In this document: positions 50,361 through 62,099 of the stretch, one piece after another
How the letters are laid out: each line of letters opens with the position of its first letter
Position numbering within the stretch: position 1 is the first letter of the stretch
NCBI RefSeq assembly: GCF_020745735.1
Contig: NC_083405.1
Coordinates: 52,170,345 to 52,234,344 of the forward strand
Length of the DNA stretch: 64,000 nt
From: Hemiscyllium ocellatum
Taxonomy: Eukaryota
Direction of reading: 5' to 3'
Program-made: the position numbers and the translations under genes
Notes under the pieces: generated by a model
What the model was told of the DNA's origin: nothing
What the model saw: the letters and a program-made list of their open reading frames with translations, nothing else
Database searches by the model: none

Positions 50361-51084
50361 GTGATGGAGCTTATGCTATGTTCCCATGTTTGGTGTTGAA
50401 CTTATTCCTTTTTCTTTTATTATGAAATATTCTGTGGCCATGTACATATGGCCAACACTGCAATTGCAAATTGGTATTAAATTGTATTCAGAAGCAAAAA
50501 GATCATTACATTTCCACTCTTTTACTCTTTCATTTTTTCTTATTTTTGCCTCTCTTATTTTGCTCAAAGATACTCAAAACCTTGGTAAAGGTCCTGGTAA
50601 ATTGAGTAGGGACAAGAAAGAGACAACTGAGAAAGATTGAATTTCAAAATGTTTTATGTGATTGGAGTGATAGCTCATTTAATGTCGTTTTCCCTATATA
50701 AGTTGGGACCAGTTGAAAAGATTTTATCCTGCTGCTAGTGCTTAGGTTTGAGGGTTAAATAGCAGTTTGTCTTGTTGCCATGTTCATCATACTTTTCCAA
50801 TTATGAAAATTTGTCATAGTAATAGATCTCTAATTCATTGAATTAGATTGCATAGCTTGGTCTTCCCTCAGTGCTAGCTGGAAATTGTACAAGGCTCCAC
50901 TGTTTTTTTTTATTTATACTTTTGCATTACTCAGTCTTATTTTAGCAGAATAGTAACATTTCATTCAATTATTTCCCTGAGATCAGTAAGGGGATTTCTG
51001 CTGTCAACTGGTACAGTAGCATCAGTATTCAGACTGAACCGACTTCAGTTCAGCATTTTTTTCATGTGTTAAGCCAATATGAAC

Positions 51085-51432
51085 GCTCCAATGCACACGG
51101 GATCAATGTGGATTTCACCAGTTTCCCCATTTCCCCTCCCCTCAACTTATCCCAGTCCCAACCTCCCAACTTGGCACTGCCCTACCCGTCCATCTTCCTT
51201 CACTGCTCCACCCTCCTCTCCAAACTATCACTTTCATCCCCACCTTCATCTACTGATTGCATTCCCAGCTACCTTCCACCCACCTCCAGCCCCACCACCC
51301 TCCCATTTATCTCTCAGTCCCCTTAACCCATAAGCCTCATATCTGATGAGGAGCTTATGCCTGAAACGTCAATTCTCCTGCTCCTTGGATGCTGCCAGGC
51401 TGGCTGTGCTTTACCAGCACCCCACTCTTCAA
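51085..51432 (+). mobile_element. Neptune-type PLE 3' end with hammerhead motif (51343-51370)
   Basis: HGINVDFTSF terminus, CTGATGAGGAGCTTATGCCTGAAACGTC; possible TSD CCAATATGAAC/CCATTATAAAC (51074-51084, 51433-51443). Confidence 0.85.
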
Positions 51433-51519
51433 CCATTATAAACTGCAATACAATTTTCAGAAGAAGTGTTGAAACAGCACAACTCTGTCTATTCAATTCA
51501 CACCAATATCCTGTGGGGA

Positions 51520-51910
51520 GTGGTCCCTTGGAGCAAAGAAGATTAAGGAAGGATTTAATACAGATTTTCAAGATCGTAAGGAGCCTGCACAGTATAGTTT
51601 GGGACAAACCGCTCCCTTAATCAGAAGGATCCCTATCTAGAAAACACAAATTAAAGATGAAGCATCAGAGGTATGAGAAAAAAAGATTATAATGCAGGTA
51701 GTGGTTAAGATCTGTGATGACTCCTTGGGAATGTGAGAAAGGTATATTCAATCCAGATCTTCAGGGAATTATCCAATTCTCTTTTGAAGACAAAAACATT
51801 AGTAGGGTTAAAAAAAATGACGGGGACAGTGGGATCCAATGAAGTGCTCTTGCAGAGAGTCAGTACAATTAGCAAATAGCTTCCTCTGTGTTGTAATCGT
51901 TCTTATGATT
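51520..51910 (+). mobile_element. Old CR1 3' fragment
   Basis: LEQRRLRKDLIQIFKIVRS in ORF 51357-51620. Confidence 0.7.
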
Positions 51911-52259
51911 GAAACTTCAGGACTATTCCTAAGATTTATCATTGACTTAAACTTCCTTTCAGGGTGCTTATAATAAAACATTCCAGAAACCTGGAAATCC
52001 AGCAGCAGGTGGTGCCTGTAAAGGGTACACCGTTACACATCCTAAATTCACAGTCCACAGTTCTCCATCAGTCTGTGTTGATCCCTATCTATTTCATAAG
52101 AGGTTTTCCATTCTAAAAACATGCTGCATTGGGAATAAGTAATCCTGGAATAATTTCCGTTTTTTGGTAGTACTGGTGAGTCATTTTCTCATACCTTAAA
52201 TTCTGATTTTGGAAATCCAGTAAAAACAGGGCTGTACTTACTCAACTAAGGAGCTGCAT

Positions 52260-52635
52260 CATAAAAATGTTATCAAGTAGGAGCAGGACAATTCTGTCCT
52301 TGAAAACTCCTCCATTCAATAAAATCAGGGTGATCGGATTGTTCCCTAACCCCACCTTCCTGTCTGCCCTCTTCAACCCTTGAATGCCTTGAGGATGAAT
52401 AGTTTGTATAACTCAGTCTTGATATATTCAAAGCCTCATTCTTAACCAGTCTTTTTCTAATATAATTGCAAAAGCTAACAGCTTTCTGAAAGAAGAATTT
52501 CTTTTCATTGCTGTGTTCAATAAAGGAAGTTTGAATTTAAACAGGTCCCCTCATTCTAGATTCCCTCACAAAGGAAAATATCCTGGATACACTTTTCCCA
52601 TCAATGCTCTGGACTGCTGTAACAGTCTTCCCAAC
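52260..52635 (-). mobile_element. Old CR1 3' end; host of the Neptune insertion, continuing at 56279-57100
   Basis: Degenerate CR1 3' UTR and ORF2 end; RT-region remnants resume after the TSD at 56278. Confidence 0.6.
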
Positions 52636-52704
52636 ATTTATACTACAACTGAAGAGTGTGGTACTGGAAAAGCACAGTCAGGCAGGCAGCATCCAAGGAG
52701 CAGG

Positions 52705-53255
52705 GACTACGCAGAGCAGAGGAAAATTACCTATACAATGTATTCAAAAAGAACGGGTACAAAATAACGTACAAGAACTGTAACAAGCATTACATTGCAC
52801 AAACAGGCAAAAAACTAGCCACCAGGATACATGAACATCAACTAGTCACAAAAAGACATGACCCACTCTCACTACAGATGAGGAAGGACACCACTTCGAC
52901 TGAGACAACACATCCATCCTACGACAAGCCAAACAGAGACACGCACAAGAATTCTGAGAAACATGGCATTCCAACCTGAACTTTATCAAGAAACACATCG
53001 AGTTAGACCCCATTTACCACCCCCTGAGAAAAAGAACAGGAAATGACATAACCACAGGAAATGACATCACCAGCCCAAGGAAACCTAAATACATAAATAG
53101 AAAGCCGATCACTTACACCAGTGTTCACCGAAGGCTCACTGATGATGTTGTTGCCTAGTATGGTTGTGAAACGTATGAAAACAAACCTTCCAGCCCAAAG
53201 AGCAAACTCATATCCAGAAATTCAACCTGAGCACAAAATCTCAAAACTCACTAGT
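52705..53255 (+). mobile_element. Poseidon-type PLE fragment nested in the Neptune terminal repeat; hammerhead motif at 53136-53178
   Basis: ORF 52656-52979 YNVFKKNGY..YKNCNKHYIAQTGKKLATRIHEHQ; uca-CUGAUGA...GAAAC-GUA-uga. Confidence 0.88.
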
Positions 53256-53499
53256 AAGAGAGTTGAAGTTTCAAGCATAAACTCTTCATCAGGAATGAGG
53301 GTGTGGCCCAAAGGTGCTAAAAGATAAATAGGAGAGGGATGAGGCTGGGTGGAAGCTAGCTGGGAATGTGATAAGTAGATGAAGTGGAGGAGGGGTGAAA
53401 GTGATAGGTCAGAGAGGAGGGTAGAACCGATAGGTGGGAAAGAAGATGGACAGGTAGGACAGTTCAAGAGGGCGGTGCCGAGTTGGAAGATTGGGACAA

Positions 53500-54244
53500 A
53501 GCAAATCTTAGCAGGACTTATACACTTAATGGTAAGGTCCTATGGAGTGTTGCTGAACAAAGAGACCTTGGAGTGCACGTTCATAGCTCCTTGAAAGTGG
53601 AGTCACAGGTAGAGAGGATAGTGAAGAAGGCATTTGGTATGCTTTCCTTTATTGGTCAGAGTATTGAGTACAGGAGTTGGGAGGTCATGTTGCGGCTGTA
53701 CAGGAATGTTGCAATATTGCGTACAATTCTGGTCTCCTTCCTATCGGAAAGGTGTTGTGAAACTTGAAAGGGTTCAGAAAAGATTTACAGGGATGTTGCC
53801 AGGGTTGGAGGGTCTGAGCTACAGAGAGAGGCTGAACTGGGGCTGTTTTCCCTGGAGTGTCGGAGGCTGAGAGGTGACCTTATGGAGGTTTACAAAATTA
53901 TGAGGGGCATGGATAGGATAAATAGACAAAGTCTTTTCCCTGGGATTGGGGAGTCCAGAATTAGACGGCATAGGTTTAGGGTGAGAGGGGAAAGATATAA
54001 AAGAGACCTAAAGGGCAACTTTTTCATGCAGAGGGTGGTACGTGTATGGAATGAGCTGCCAGAGAATGTGGTGGAGGCTGGTACAATTGCAACTTTTAAG
54101 AGGCATTTGGATGGGTATATGAATAGGAAGAATTTGGAGGGATATGGGCCGGGTGCTGGCAGGTGGGACTAGATTGGGTTGGAATATCTGGTCGGGATGG
54201 ACGGGTTGGAGTGAAGGGTCTGTTTCCATGCTGTAAGACTCCAT
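53500..54244 (+). mobile_element. Young CR1 3' fragment nested in the Neptune element
   Basis: ORFs 53483-54172 are the CR1 ORF2 C-terminus, same family as 10825-12233; imperfect TSD GATTGGGACAA/GACTGGGATAA (53489-53499, 54245-54255). Confidence 0.93.
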
Positions 54245-56278
54245 GACTGGGATAAGGTGGGGGAGGGGAAATGGAGAAACTGGTGAAATCCATATTGATC
54301 CTGTGTGGTTGGACGAGCTCCAAAGTGGAGGGAGAGGTGTTCTTCCTCCAAGTGTAGGGTGGCTAGAATTTGGCGGTGGAGGAAGCCCAGGACTTGCATA
54401 TTCTTGGTAGAATGTGAGAGGAAGTTAAAGTATTTGGCCACAGGGCAGGGGAATTGTTTGTGTGTGTCCCAGAGGTGTTGTCTGAAACATTCTGCAAATT
54501 GGTGTCCTGTCTCCCCATTGTAGAGGAGACCATGTTGAAAGCAACGGATTCAGTAGGTGACATGTGCGTAAGTACTGATAAATCTCTATTGGATGTGGAA
54601 GGATCCTTTGGGGCCTTCAACGAAGGTAATGGGGGAGGTGTGGGTGCAGGTTTTGCACTTCTTACAGTGGCAGGGGAAGGTGCCAGGAGTGGAAGGTGGG
54701 TTGGTGGATGGTGTGGGCCTAAAAAGGGAGTTGCGAATGGCATGGTCTCTCCAGAACACACATAGGGGTGGGGAGGGAAATATATCCCTGGTAGTGTAGT
54801 CTGTTTGTAGGTAAAAATGGTGGAGGATGATGCAATGTATCCGGAGGTTGATGGTGTGGAAAGTGAGGACTGGGGTGGGGGAATTCTGTCCTTGTTTCAT
54901 TGGGAGGGGAGGCGAGGTTCAAGGGTGGAGGTGCAGCAAGTGTAGGAGATGTGCTGGAGGGCATCGTCAACTGTGTGGGCGGGGAGATTGCGGTCTCTGA
55001 AGAAGGAGGCCATCTGGGATGTTCTATGGTAGAATTGGTCCTCTTTGGAGCAGATGCAACAGAGGTGGAGGAAATGGGAATAAGGAATAGCATTTTTATA
55101 GGAGACAGGGAGGGAGGAGATGTAGTCCAGGGAGCTGTGGGAGTCTGTAGTTTGTAGTAGATGTCCATGTTGAGTCAGTCACCGGAAATGGAGATGGAGA
55201 GACCCAGGAAAGGGAGGGAGGTGTCCAAGATGGTCCAGGTGAACTTGAGATCAATGTGGAATGTGTTGAGTTGATGAACTGTTCAACCTCCTTGTGGGAG
55301 CATGAGGTGGTGCCGATGCAGTCATCAATATAGCAGAGGGAAAAATGGGGAATCATATCAGTTTAGCTGCGGAAGACGGACTATTCCACATACCCAATGA
55401 AGACGCAGGCATAGCTTGGGTCCATGCGGGTGCCCAGGACTACCCCTTTGGTCTGGAGGATGTGGCAGGATTTGAAGGAGAAATTATTGAGGGTGAAGAC
55501 CAGTTCAGCAAATTGAATGAGTGTATAAGTGGAAGGATACTGGTTGTGTCAGTGTGAGAGAAACAAGTGGAAGGCTTAGAGGCCTTCATCATGGTGAATG
55601 GGTGTGTACTGGGACTGGATGTCCATGATGAAGATAAGGTATTGGGGGCCGGGGAAATGAAAGTCCAGGAGGAGGTGAAGGGTGTAGGTAGTGTCCTGAG
55701 CATATGTGGGGAGTTCCTGGACCAAGGAGGACTGGACAGTATCAAGGTTTGCAGAGATAAGCTCAGTGGGGTAGGAGCAATCTGAGACGATGGGTCAACT
55801 GGAGAATTCAGGTTTGTGAATTTGGATTGGAGGGAGAACCGGGTAATGCGGGGTTGCTGAACACTGATGGGAGATCCTCTGAGGTGATGAGGTTGTGGAT
55901 GGCTTGTGAGATCTGGGAGATGATGGTTTGGTGATGGGAGGTGAGGTCATGGCCATGGGGACAATAGAAGGAGGTGCCTGTGAGTTGGCTTCAGTGGTGT
56001 AGAGGTCAGTGCACCAAACTACCACTGCACCCCCCCCCCCCGACTTATCACTGTCAGCCCCCACCGTCATCCACCTATCGAATTCCCAGTTATCTTCTCC
56101 ACCAGCCCCACCCCCATCCCATTTATCTCTCAGCCCCTTTGGGCCCCCCAACATTCCTGATGAAAGGTTTATGCTTGAAACGCCGACTCTCCTGCTCCTT
56201 GGATAATTCCAGCACCACACTCTTCAACTCTGATCTCCAGCATCTGCAGCCATCACTTTTTCCTAATTTATACTACAA

Positions 56279-57100
56279 TTCCATTGCAATAAAGAACAAT
56301 ATTCTATTTGACAAGATAACTTTACAATTGTCTATTTAAATAATGTTTTGCATTTCTATGCCCTCTCCAAAGTGGACAACCACAATTTTCTCAGATAAGA
56401 CTCCATTTATCATTTTTGTCCACTTATCTAATGTACTTACAAACCATTCCAGACTCTTTGACTCCTCCTCGTAACTTGTATTCATCAGCACATTTGACTG
56501 CAATCTGTTCCTTCACCTAAGTCATTAATTTGGTCATAAACGTCACAAGGAATTAAGGGCTACGGGGAGAATGCTGGTAAGTGGAGTTGAAATGCCCATC
56601 AGCCATCATTGAATGGCGGAGTGGACTCGATGGGCTGAATGGCCTTACTTCCACTCCTATGTCTTATGGTCTTATGTTCTAAATAGTTGAGCCCCCAGTA
56701 CTGACCCCTCTGTCACTCCACTAGTGACAGTGTGCCAACTTGAAAATGATCCTTTTATTTCAATCTTCTGTTTATTGTTCATCACCAATTCTCTATTCCT
56801 GCAAACATATCCTTTTCAATGCGATGAACTAATATTTTGTTATCTCGTGGCACCTTACTGATCTTTCTTTTGGAAATCCAAAGGTGCTGCAGTCACTGGT
56901 TCTCTTTTATCTACCTGCTTGTTACAATCTTATAAATTTGTCAAACAATTTCTCATCTGCAAAACATGTTATTCTGTTTGACAAAAATTTTGACTTTCTA
57001 AATACCCTGCTATTATTTCGTTCTCACTTTTTTCCCAATGACCGATGTTAGACAAACTGACCTCTAATTTGCTGTTCTCTGTCTCCTTCCTTTGTTGAGA
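56279..57100 (-). mobile_element. Old CR1 RT fragment with a short plus-strand CR1 tail nested at about 56542-56680
   Basis: Minus-strand SGVTEGSVLGAQLF and APLDFQK remnants; nested tail ends TCTTATGGTCTTATGTTCT. Confidence 0.7.
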
Positions 57101-58919
57101 GTTAAGGAAGGTGGACTCTTTGAATTGTGTAAAATAGGATTCCCCCTTTCATCACGAAAACACTGCATGGATAACATTACAGGGAGTCAGACCTAGAACT
57201 GGTTGACTGCAGTCAGGCAATTGCACAAACTAATCACCTTTACAGGATTGCCATTTGGCCTTAAGAAGAAATTTGCAACTGCTCAGCTGAAGAGAAGAAC
57301 AGATTTGGTAGCATCTGTGTTCAGTGACCGTGGCACTAAAGACGCCTGTTGTACGTAATAACCTGGTGAAGCTGTTATTATAGGAAGTATAGTGCAAGCA
57401 AGCTGCTTTGGTAAAGATCATTAACAGACAGAATGTATCCTCTCAGTTCGACCACATTGGTGAACAAATAAAGAAGCAGTTTAATATTATCCAATCTACT
57501 GCTAAGGCAAGTGGAAGAACTGAGAAATTGCATAATATTTCCACATATTTAAAATAGAAATGTAGTAGGAAAATCAAAAAAAAGAGACAGCTTCCTGATT
57601 TCTGGTCATTCCAAAATAACATGCAAATTATGATTTGGTGCATTCACTTAGTCTGTCCATCATAGTCATATTCAGCCACTTTGTCTTCAATAAACTTTAC
57701 AGTACTGACTGCTGTAATATTAGTATTCAAATTATCTATGACAGCTGCACTTGTCCATTTCTGAGGTAGATTGATGTATTATACCTGTGGTTGCAATGAA
57801 TCATTATTCAGGAGTGTTTTGTTGATTTCAGTTGCAAAGAAAAATCTGAGCAAGTCAATAATAATGTTAAGTTACATATCCAATGGTATTTCTTTATGCT
57901 AATGAAAACTTTGAATACTGCTCAAAGATTTTGCACAGAAATATTTTATTTGAGACTCTTTCAAACAATGAAAATAGAAATAGAACACATATCTGTGAAA
58001 CCAGAAGTTGAATTTATATAACACCATTAACATCCCATGGTGCTTCACATAGGCATAACTATAATACAATTACTGATCCAAAGAAGAAGAAGTGATTACC
58101 AAAACCTGGTCAAAGAACTGATTCTGAGGTGAAGATATAAATTCTCAAGGGACTAGGAACTGATTGTACCAAGGTATGCTATGTTATGGCTGAAAAGAAA
58201 CAAGTAAAACTGGGTAAAAACTGTTGGTGAATCATTGCCCCTTTTATAACACCCCAAGATTATGCAGCTTCTCTGGGGCACAAAGACACAGGACAGAACT
58301 GGATTTGTACCCGAAATGGGTGTCAGCTGCTAACCCAACGATCACATGTGAATAATGTGGAATAGCTCATTTGCTCTCTCATATCTATTTCCTTTGGTAA
58401 CCATTATGAAGTTGGCAAAGGGTTTGCATTGTGATCCCCCTCAGAACAAAGAGTCCGACTGAGTAAGCTTAAAAAGCCAGTCAAGACAAAGGTAATCTAG
58501 GTCTTCTCATCTTGGAAGTTGTTCGTTCCCAGACCATGTAATCAGCCATAGCACACTCTAGAGAGAGACAGCAAGTTGCACTGCCATTGTCTAGACCTAA
58601 GGCACAGGAACAGCTGGGAAAATGACTTCCACATTATTAAGAGCAGCTGTAGAACACTCCTTGTTTAAAACATTCCAATCTGATCAAATAACAAAATTCT
58701 GATTTATCAGACCAGAAAATTGCTTTGTGTTCAGGGCAATGGTACAAGGAATGACATGTCACATCTTTCAATTGGCTAGAAACAGACCTGCATCATCTTG
58801 AATTCCAAAACAAAATGAAAGTATAATCAACCTGTTCTGATGGCAGATTTAGTTTTCCAGTTGAACTACGGTGTGATTCAGAAATAAACATTTTGATGTT
58901 AATTAATCCCCTTTATGGT

Positions 58920-59215
58920 GAGCCAATGACCAAGTGATATTTTTGCTGGACTGTTAATCCAGAGACCCAGGGAATGTTAGGGGGATTTGGATTTGAATAC
59001 CATCCTGGCAGGTGGTGGGATTTGAATTCAATTTTAAAACGCCCTGGAATTAAGAGGCTAATGGTGACCATTGTCGATTATCAGAAAACCTCATCTGGTT
59101 TACTACTGTCCTTTCGGGGAGGAAACTGCCATCCTTACCTGGTCTGGCCTACGTGTGACTCCAGACCCACAGCAATGTGGTAGGCTTTTAACTGCTCTCT
59201 GGCAATTAGGAAGAT
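58920..59215 (+). mobile_element. Second SINE family (degenerate tRNA-like head, tail shared with the L2/CR1-group LINE)
   Basis: Head ...GGACTGTTAATCCAGAG...GATTTGAATACC; body GGAAACTGCCATCCTTACCTGGTCTGGCCTAC; end GGCAATTAGG. Confidence 0.6.
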
Positions 59216-59366
59216 ATGAATAAGTGAACAGGAGTGTGCAGGGAAGGTGGATTTGCCACTGCAAATGCAGGGTTACACGGAGAGGATGGGGGATGAATCT
59301 GGGTGAGATATACTCTTCGGAAGGTTGGAGTGAACTCAATAGATCAAATGGCCTGCTGTAATTAAA

Positions 59367-59369
<3 letters not shown>

Positions 59370-59405
<36 letters not shown>
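59370..59405. repeat. (GT)n microsatellite, about 18 units
   Basis: Direct reading. Confidence 0.98.
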
Positions 59406-59408
<3 letters not shown>

Positions 59409-59829
59409 TACTAGGGTGGTGATATTCTCTTGCAATTGGAGGTCCAGTTGTGGCTGACAGGTTGGCATCTACCATCCATTGCTAGCTGCCCTGAGAAAGA
59501 GAGCATTCTTCTTAAATTCCCTAATCTCTGTGATGAAAGTGCTACCATATGTAGTTAGGCAGCTTTTCCAGGATTTTGACCAAGTGACCTTTTCCAGGGT
59601 GTGGCATTCTCACACAGATTACCATCCAAACCTTCCTTTTTACCGAAGGAGTGAGGTCCACATTTCTAAGATGAGACTTTGATCAGGCACTCCCACAGGA
59701 ATATGGAAACCTACATCCAAGCTTCCGTAGCTCAGAACTGTCAAGGGAAGGCAAACCTGGACCCTTTCTGAAACTGCTATCTTTTGAAATGTAAAAGTTC
59801 TGACTGCCACTTTGACAACTACTGTCAAA

Positions 59830-60841
59830 AAGAAGAAAGTGAGATCTGCAGATGCTGGAGCTCAGAGTCGAGAGTGTGGTGCTGGAAAAGCACAGCAGGT
59901 CAGGCAGCATCCGAGGAGCAGGAAAATCAATGTTTTGGCCCAAGCCCTTCATCAGGAATAAGACAGGGAGCCTCCCGGTTGGAGAGATAAATGGGAGGGG
60001 GGCTGGGGCTGGGAGAAGGTAGCTAAGAGTGCAATAGGTGGATGGATGTGGGAGTGAAGGTGGTAGGTCAGAGAGGAGGGTGGAGTGGATAGGTGGGAAG
60101 GAAGATTGACAGAAGGGACAGGTCAGGAGGATGGTGCTGAGCCGGAAGGTTGGAACTGGGGTAAGGTGGGGGGAAGGGAAATGAAGAAACTGGTGATGTC
60201 CACATTGATGTCCTGGGGTTGAAGGGTCCCAAGGCAGAAGATAAGGTGTTCTTCCTCCAGGCAGAGTGTGAGGGGGAGTTGAAATGTTCAGCCACGGGGC
60301 AGTAGGGTTGGTTGGTACGGATGTCCCGGAGATGTTCTCTGAAGCGCTCTGTGAGAAGGCGTCCAGTCTCCCCAGTGTAGAGGAGACTGCATCGGGAGCA
60401 ATGGATACAATAAATGACATGTGTGGAATGTGATGAATGTGGAAGGCTCCTTTGGGGCTTTAGATGGAGGTGTGGGCACAGGTTTTTCAATTCCTGCGGT
60501 GGCAGGGGAAGGTGTCAGGATGGGAGGGTGGGTTGTTAGGGGTCATGGACCTGATCAGGTAGTCCAGAGGGAATGATTTTTACAAAAAGCAGATGGGCGT
60601 GGGAAGGGAATTCTATCCCTGGTAGTGGGGTCCATTTGTGGGGGCGGGGGGGGGGGGGAGTTGGGGGGAGAGGGGTTCTCCACAACAAAGACAGAACTCC
60701 TCTGGTCCACCCCTCTCCCATTTATCTCTTCAACCCCAAGGCTCCTAGCCTCATTCCTGATGAAGGGCTCCAGCCAAAAACGTTGATTCTCCTGCTCCTT
60801 CGATGCTGCCTGACCTGCTGTGCTTTTCCAGCAATACAATA
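59830..60841 (-). mobile_element. Neptune-type PLE fragment with inverted terminal repeats
   Basis: ORF 60068-60490 VIYCIHCSRCSLLYTGETGRLLTERFREH...VAEHFNSPSHS (GIY-YIG); plus-strand repeat copy 60705-60841; imperfect 18-bp TSD at 59812-59829 and 60842-60859. Confidence 0.9.
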
Positions 60842-60879
60842 TTGACAGCTACTGCCAAATGGCAAGTACATAAGACAAG

Positions 60880-61850
60880 TTTGATGTCAGGTGGCTGGGA
60901 GGCTTGGGTTCCCGATAGATATGGTTAGGCTGCCAGATAAATTGGGTGCTAAGTGCATAGGCTGACATCTTGCCAGCCTAAATTGTGAGCTGGGGATGAG
61001 GTAGGGTGTCAGGTGATACCATACTGGAAGATGTCACATGGGTTGGGTGCCAAGTGGCTCGAGTGCCAGCTCAGAAGGAGGTATGGATTTTCTGGATAGG
61101 CAGCCAGCTAGGTTAGAGTGAAGAGTCAGTTTGGTAGCATGCCAGATGAGGTAAGGGCAGGGAGCCAACTGACTGCAAGGTAGCAGGAGGTGTAGGAGTG
61201 TGTTGAGTGTAGATTGAGAAATTGGGTTCAGTGGGGTTAGGGAGAGTGGGTGTCAGGTCAGGGAAGTTCACATCTGGTAGCTGGATGAGACAGAAATCAA
61301 ACCTGGTTTCACAGCAGAATGGCTCAAGTCCTGTCCATTTGTGATGGGATAGGGGGTGGAGTGATTAGGGGTGGCCAGGTCCTGGGGCAGGAGAGGGGTT
61401 AATGAGGGAAATAGGTCAAACAGTGGGTTGGGTGGAGGGTGAGTCAGGGATACAGGGGTTGGGTGTTAGGGCGGGCGCGGGAGTACATCAGGTCCCAAGA
61501 TAGGGGTGTCAGGTTCCTAGCCATGGGTGTTGGACCCCAGGGAGGGGTTGAGTCTCCAAGGATATCAGATTCTGGAGTGGGTGCCTCTTCCTGGGGCATT
61601 GGTGTTGCCTCCCCAGAGCAGTGTTGCCGTGTCAGGTCAAGAGTTGGGGATCTTGTGTCCGGGGTGGGGACTGGGTGATATTTGGATCCTTAGGGTAAAA
61701 GACAGAGTAATCTGGGTTCTGTGTGGTTGGGGTTATGTCTCAGGGGTGGGGTTATTGTCTGGGAGTAGAGTATGTCTTGGGGGTGGGGGCATAAGAAGTC
61801 TGGGGAGGTGTACTTGAGGGAGTGTAGGGTAAGCATGGGGTCAGTTTAAC
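60880..61850. repeat. G-rich, strand-biased degenerate low-complexity region
   Basis: Recurrent GGGTGYCAG/GGGGT motifs; no credible ORF. Confidence 0.55.
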
Positions 61851-62099
61851 AGTTGCTCAGGACTTTGGAGATGTCTTCAGTCATTCACCATTTCCCAAGC
61901 AATGTCATCAGAACAGTCTGAAGTCTTCAGTTATACTGGAAACTTACGAAGAGTTGTTCAGATAAAAACTCAATTACCCAGGCATATCCTTCAGAGTCTG
62001 TTACGATAGGGATTCTGCAGGGTCCCCATGCCCAACTCACATCTACCCGGGATAATGACAGTGTGGTGAGTGGAAAATCAGCCTGTAATGGAGCAATAT

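Larger units (their letters stand above)
52649..56265 (-). mobile_element. Neptune-type Penelope-like element (RT and GIY-YIG remnants) with inverted ends and two nested insertions
   Basis: 13-bp TSD ATTTATACTACAA (52636-52648, 56266-56278); RT motifs QTKGVVLGTRM.PSYAC and CYIDDCIG; linker PGTFPCHCKKCKTC; plus-strand terminal-repeat copy 56040-56265. Confidence 0.9.

Noticed and set aside
58180-58700. Possible solo LTR (starts TGTTATGG); likewise 41445-42130
   Set aside because: No matching CA end, TSD or second copy could be identified.
59683-60420. 245-aa ORF as a host gene
   Set aside because: Off-frame read-through of Neptune PLE sequence and its C-rich terminal repeat.
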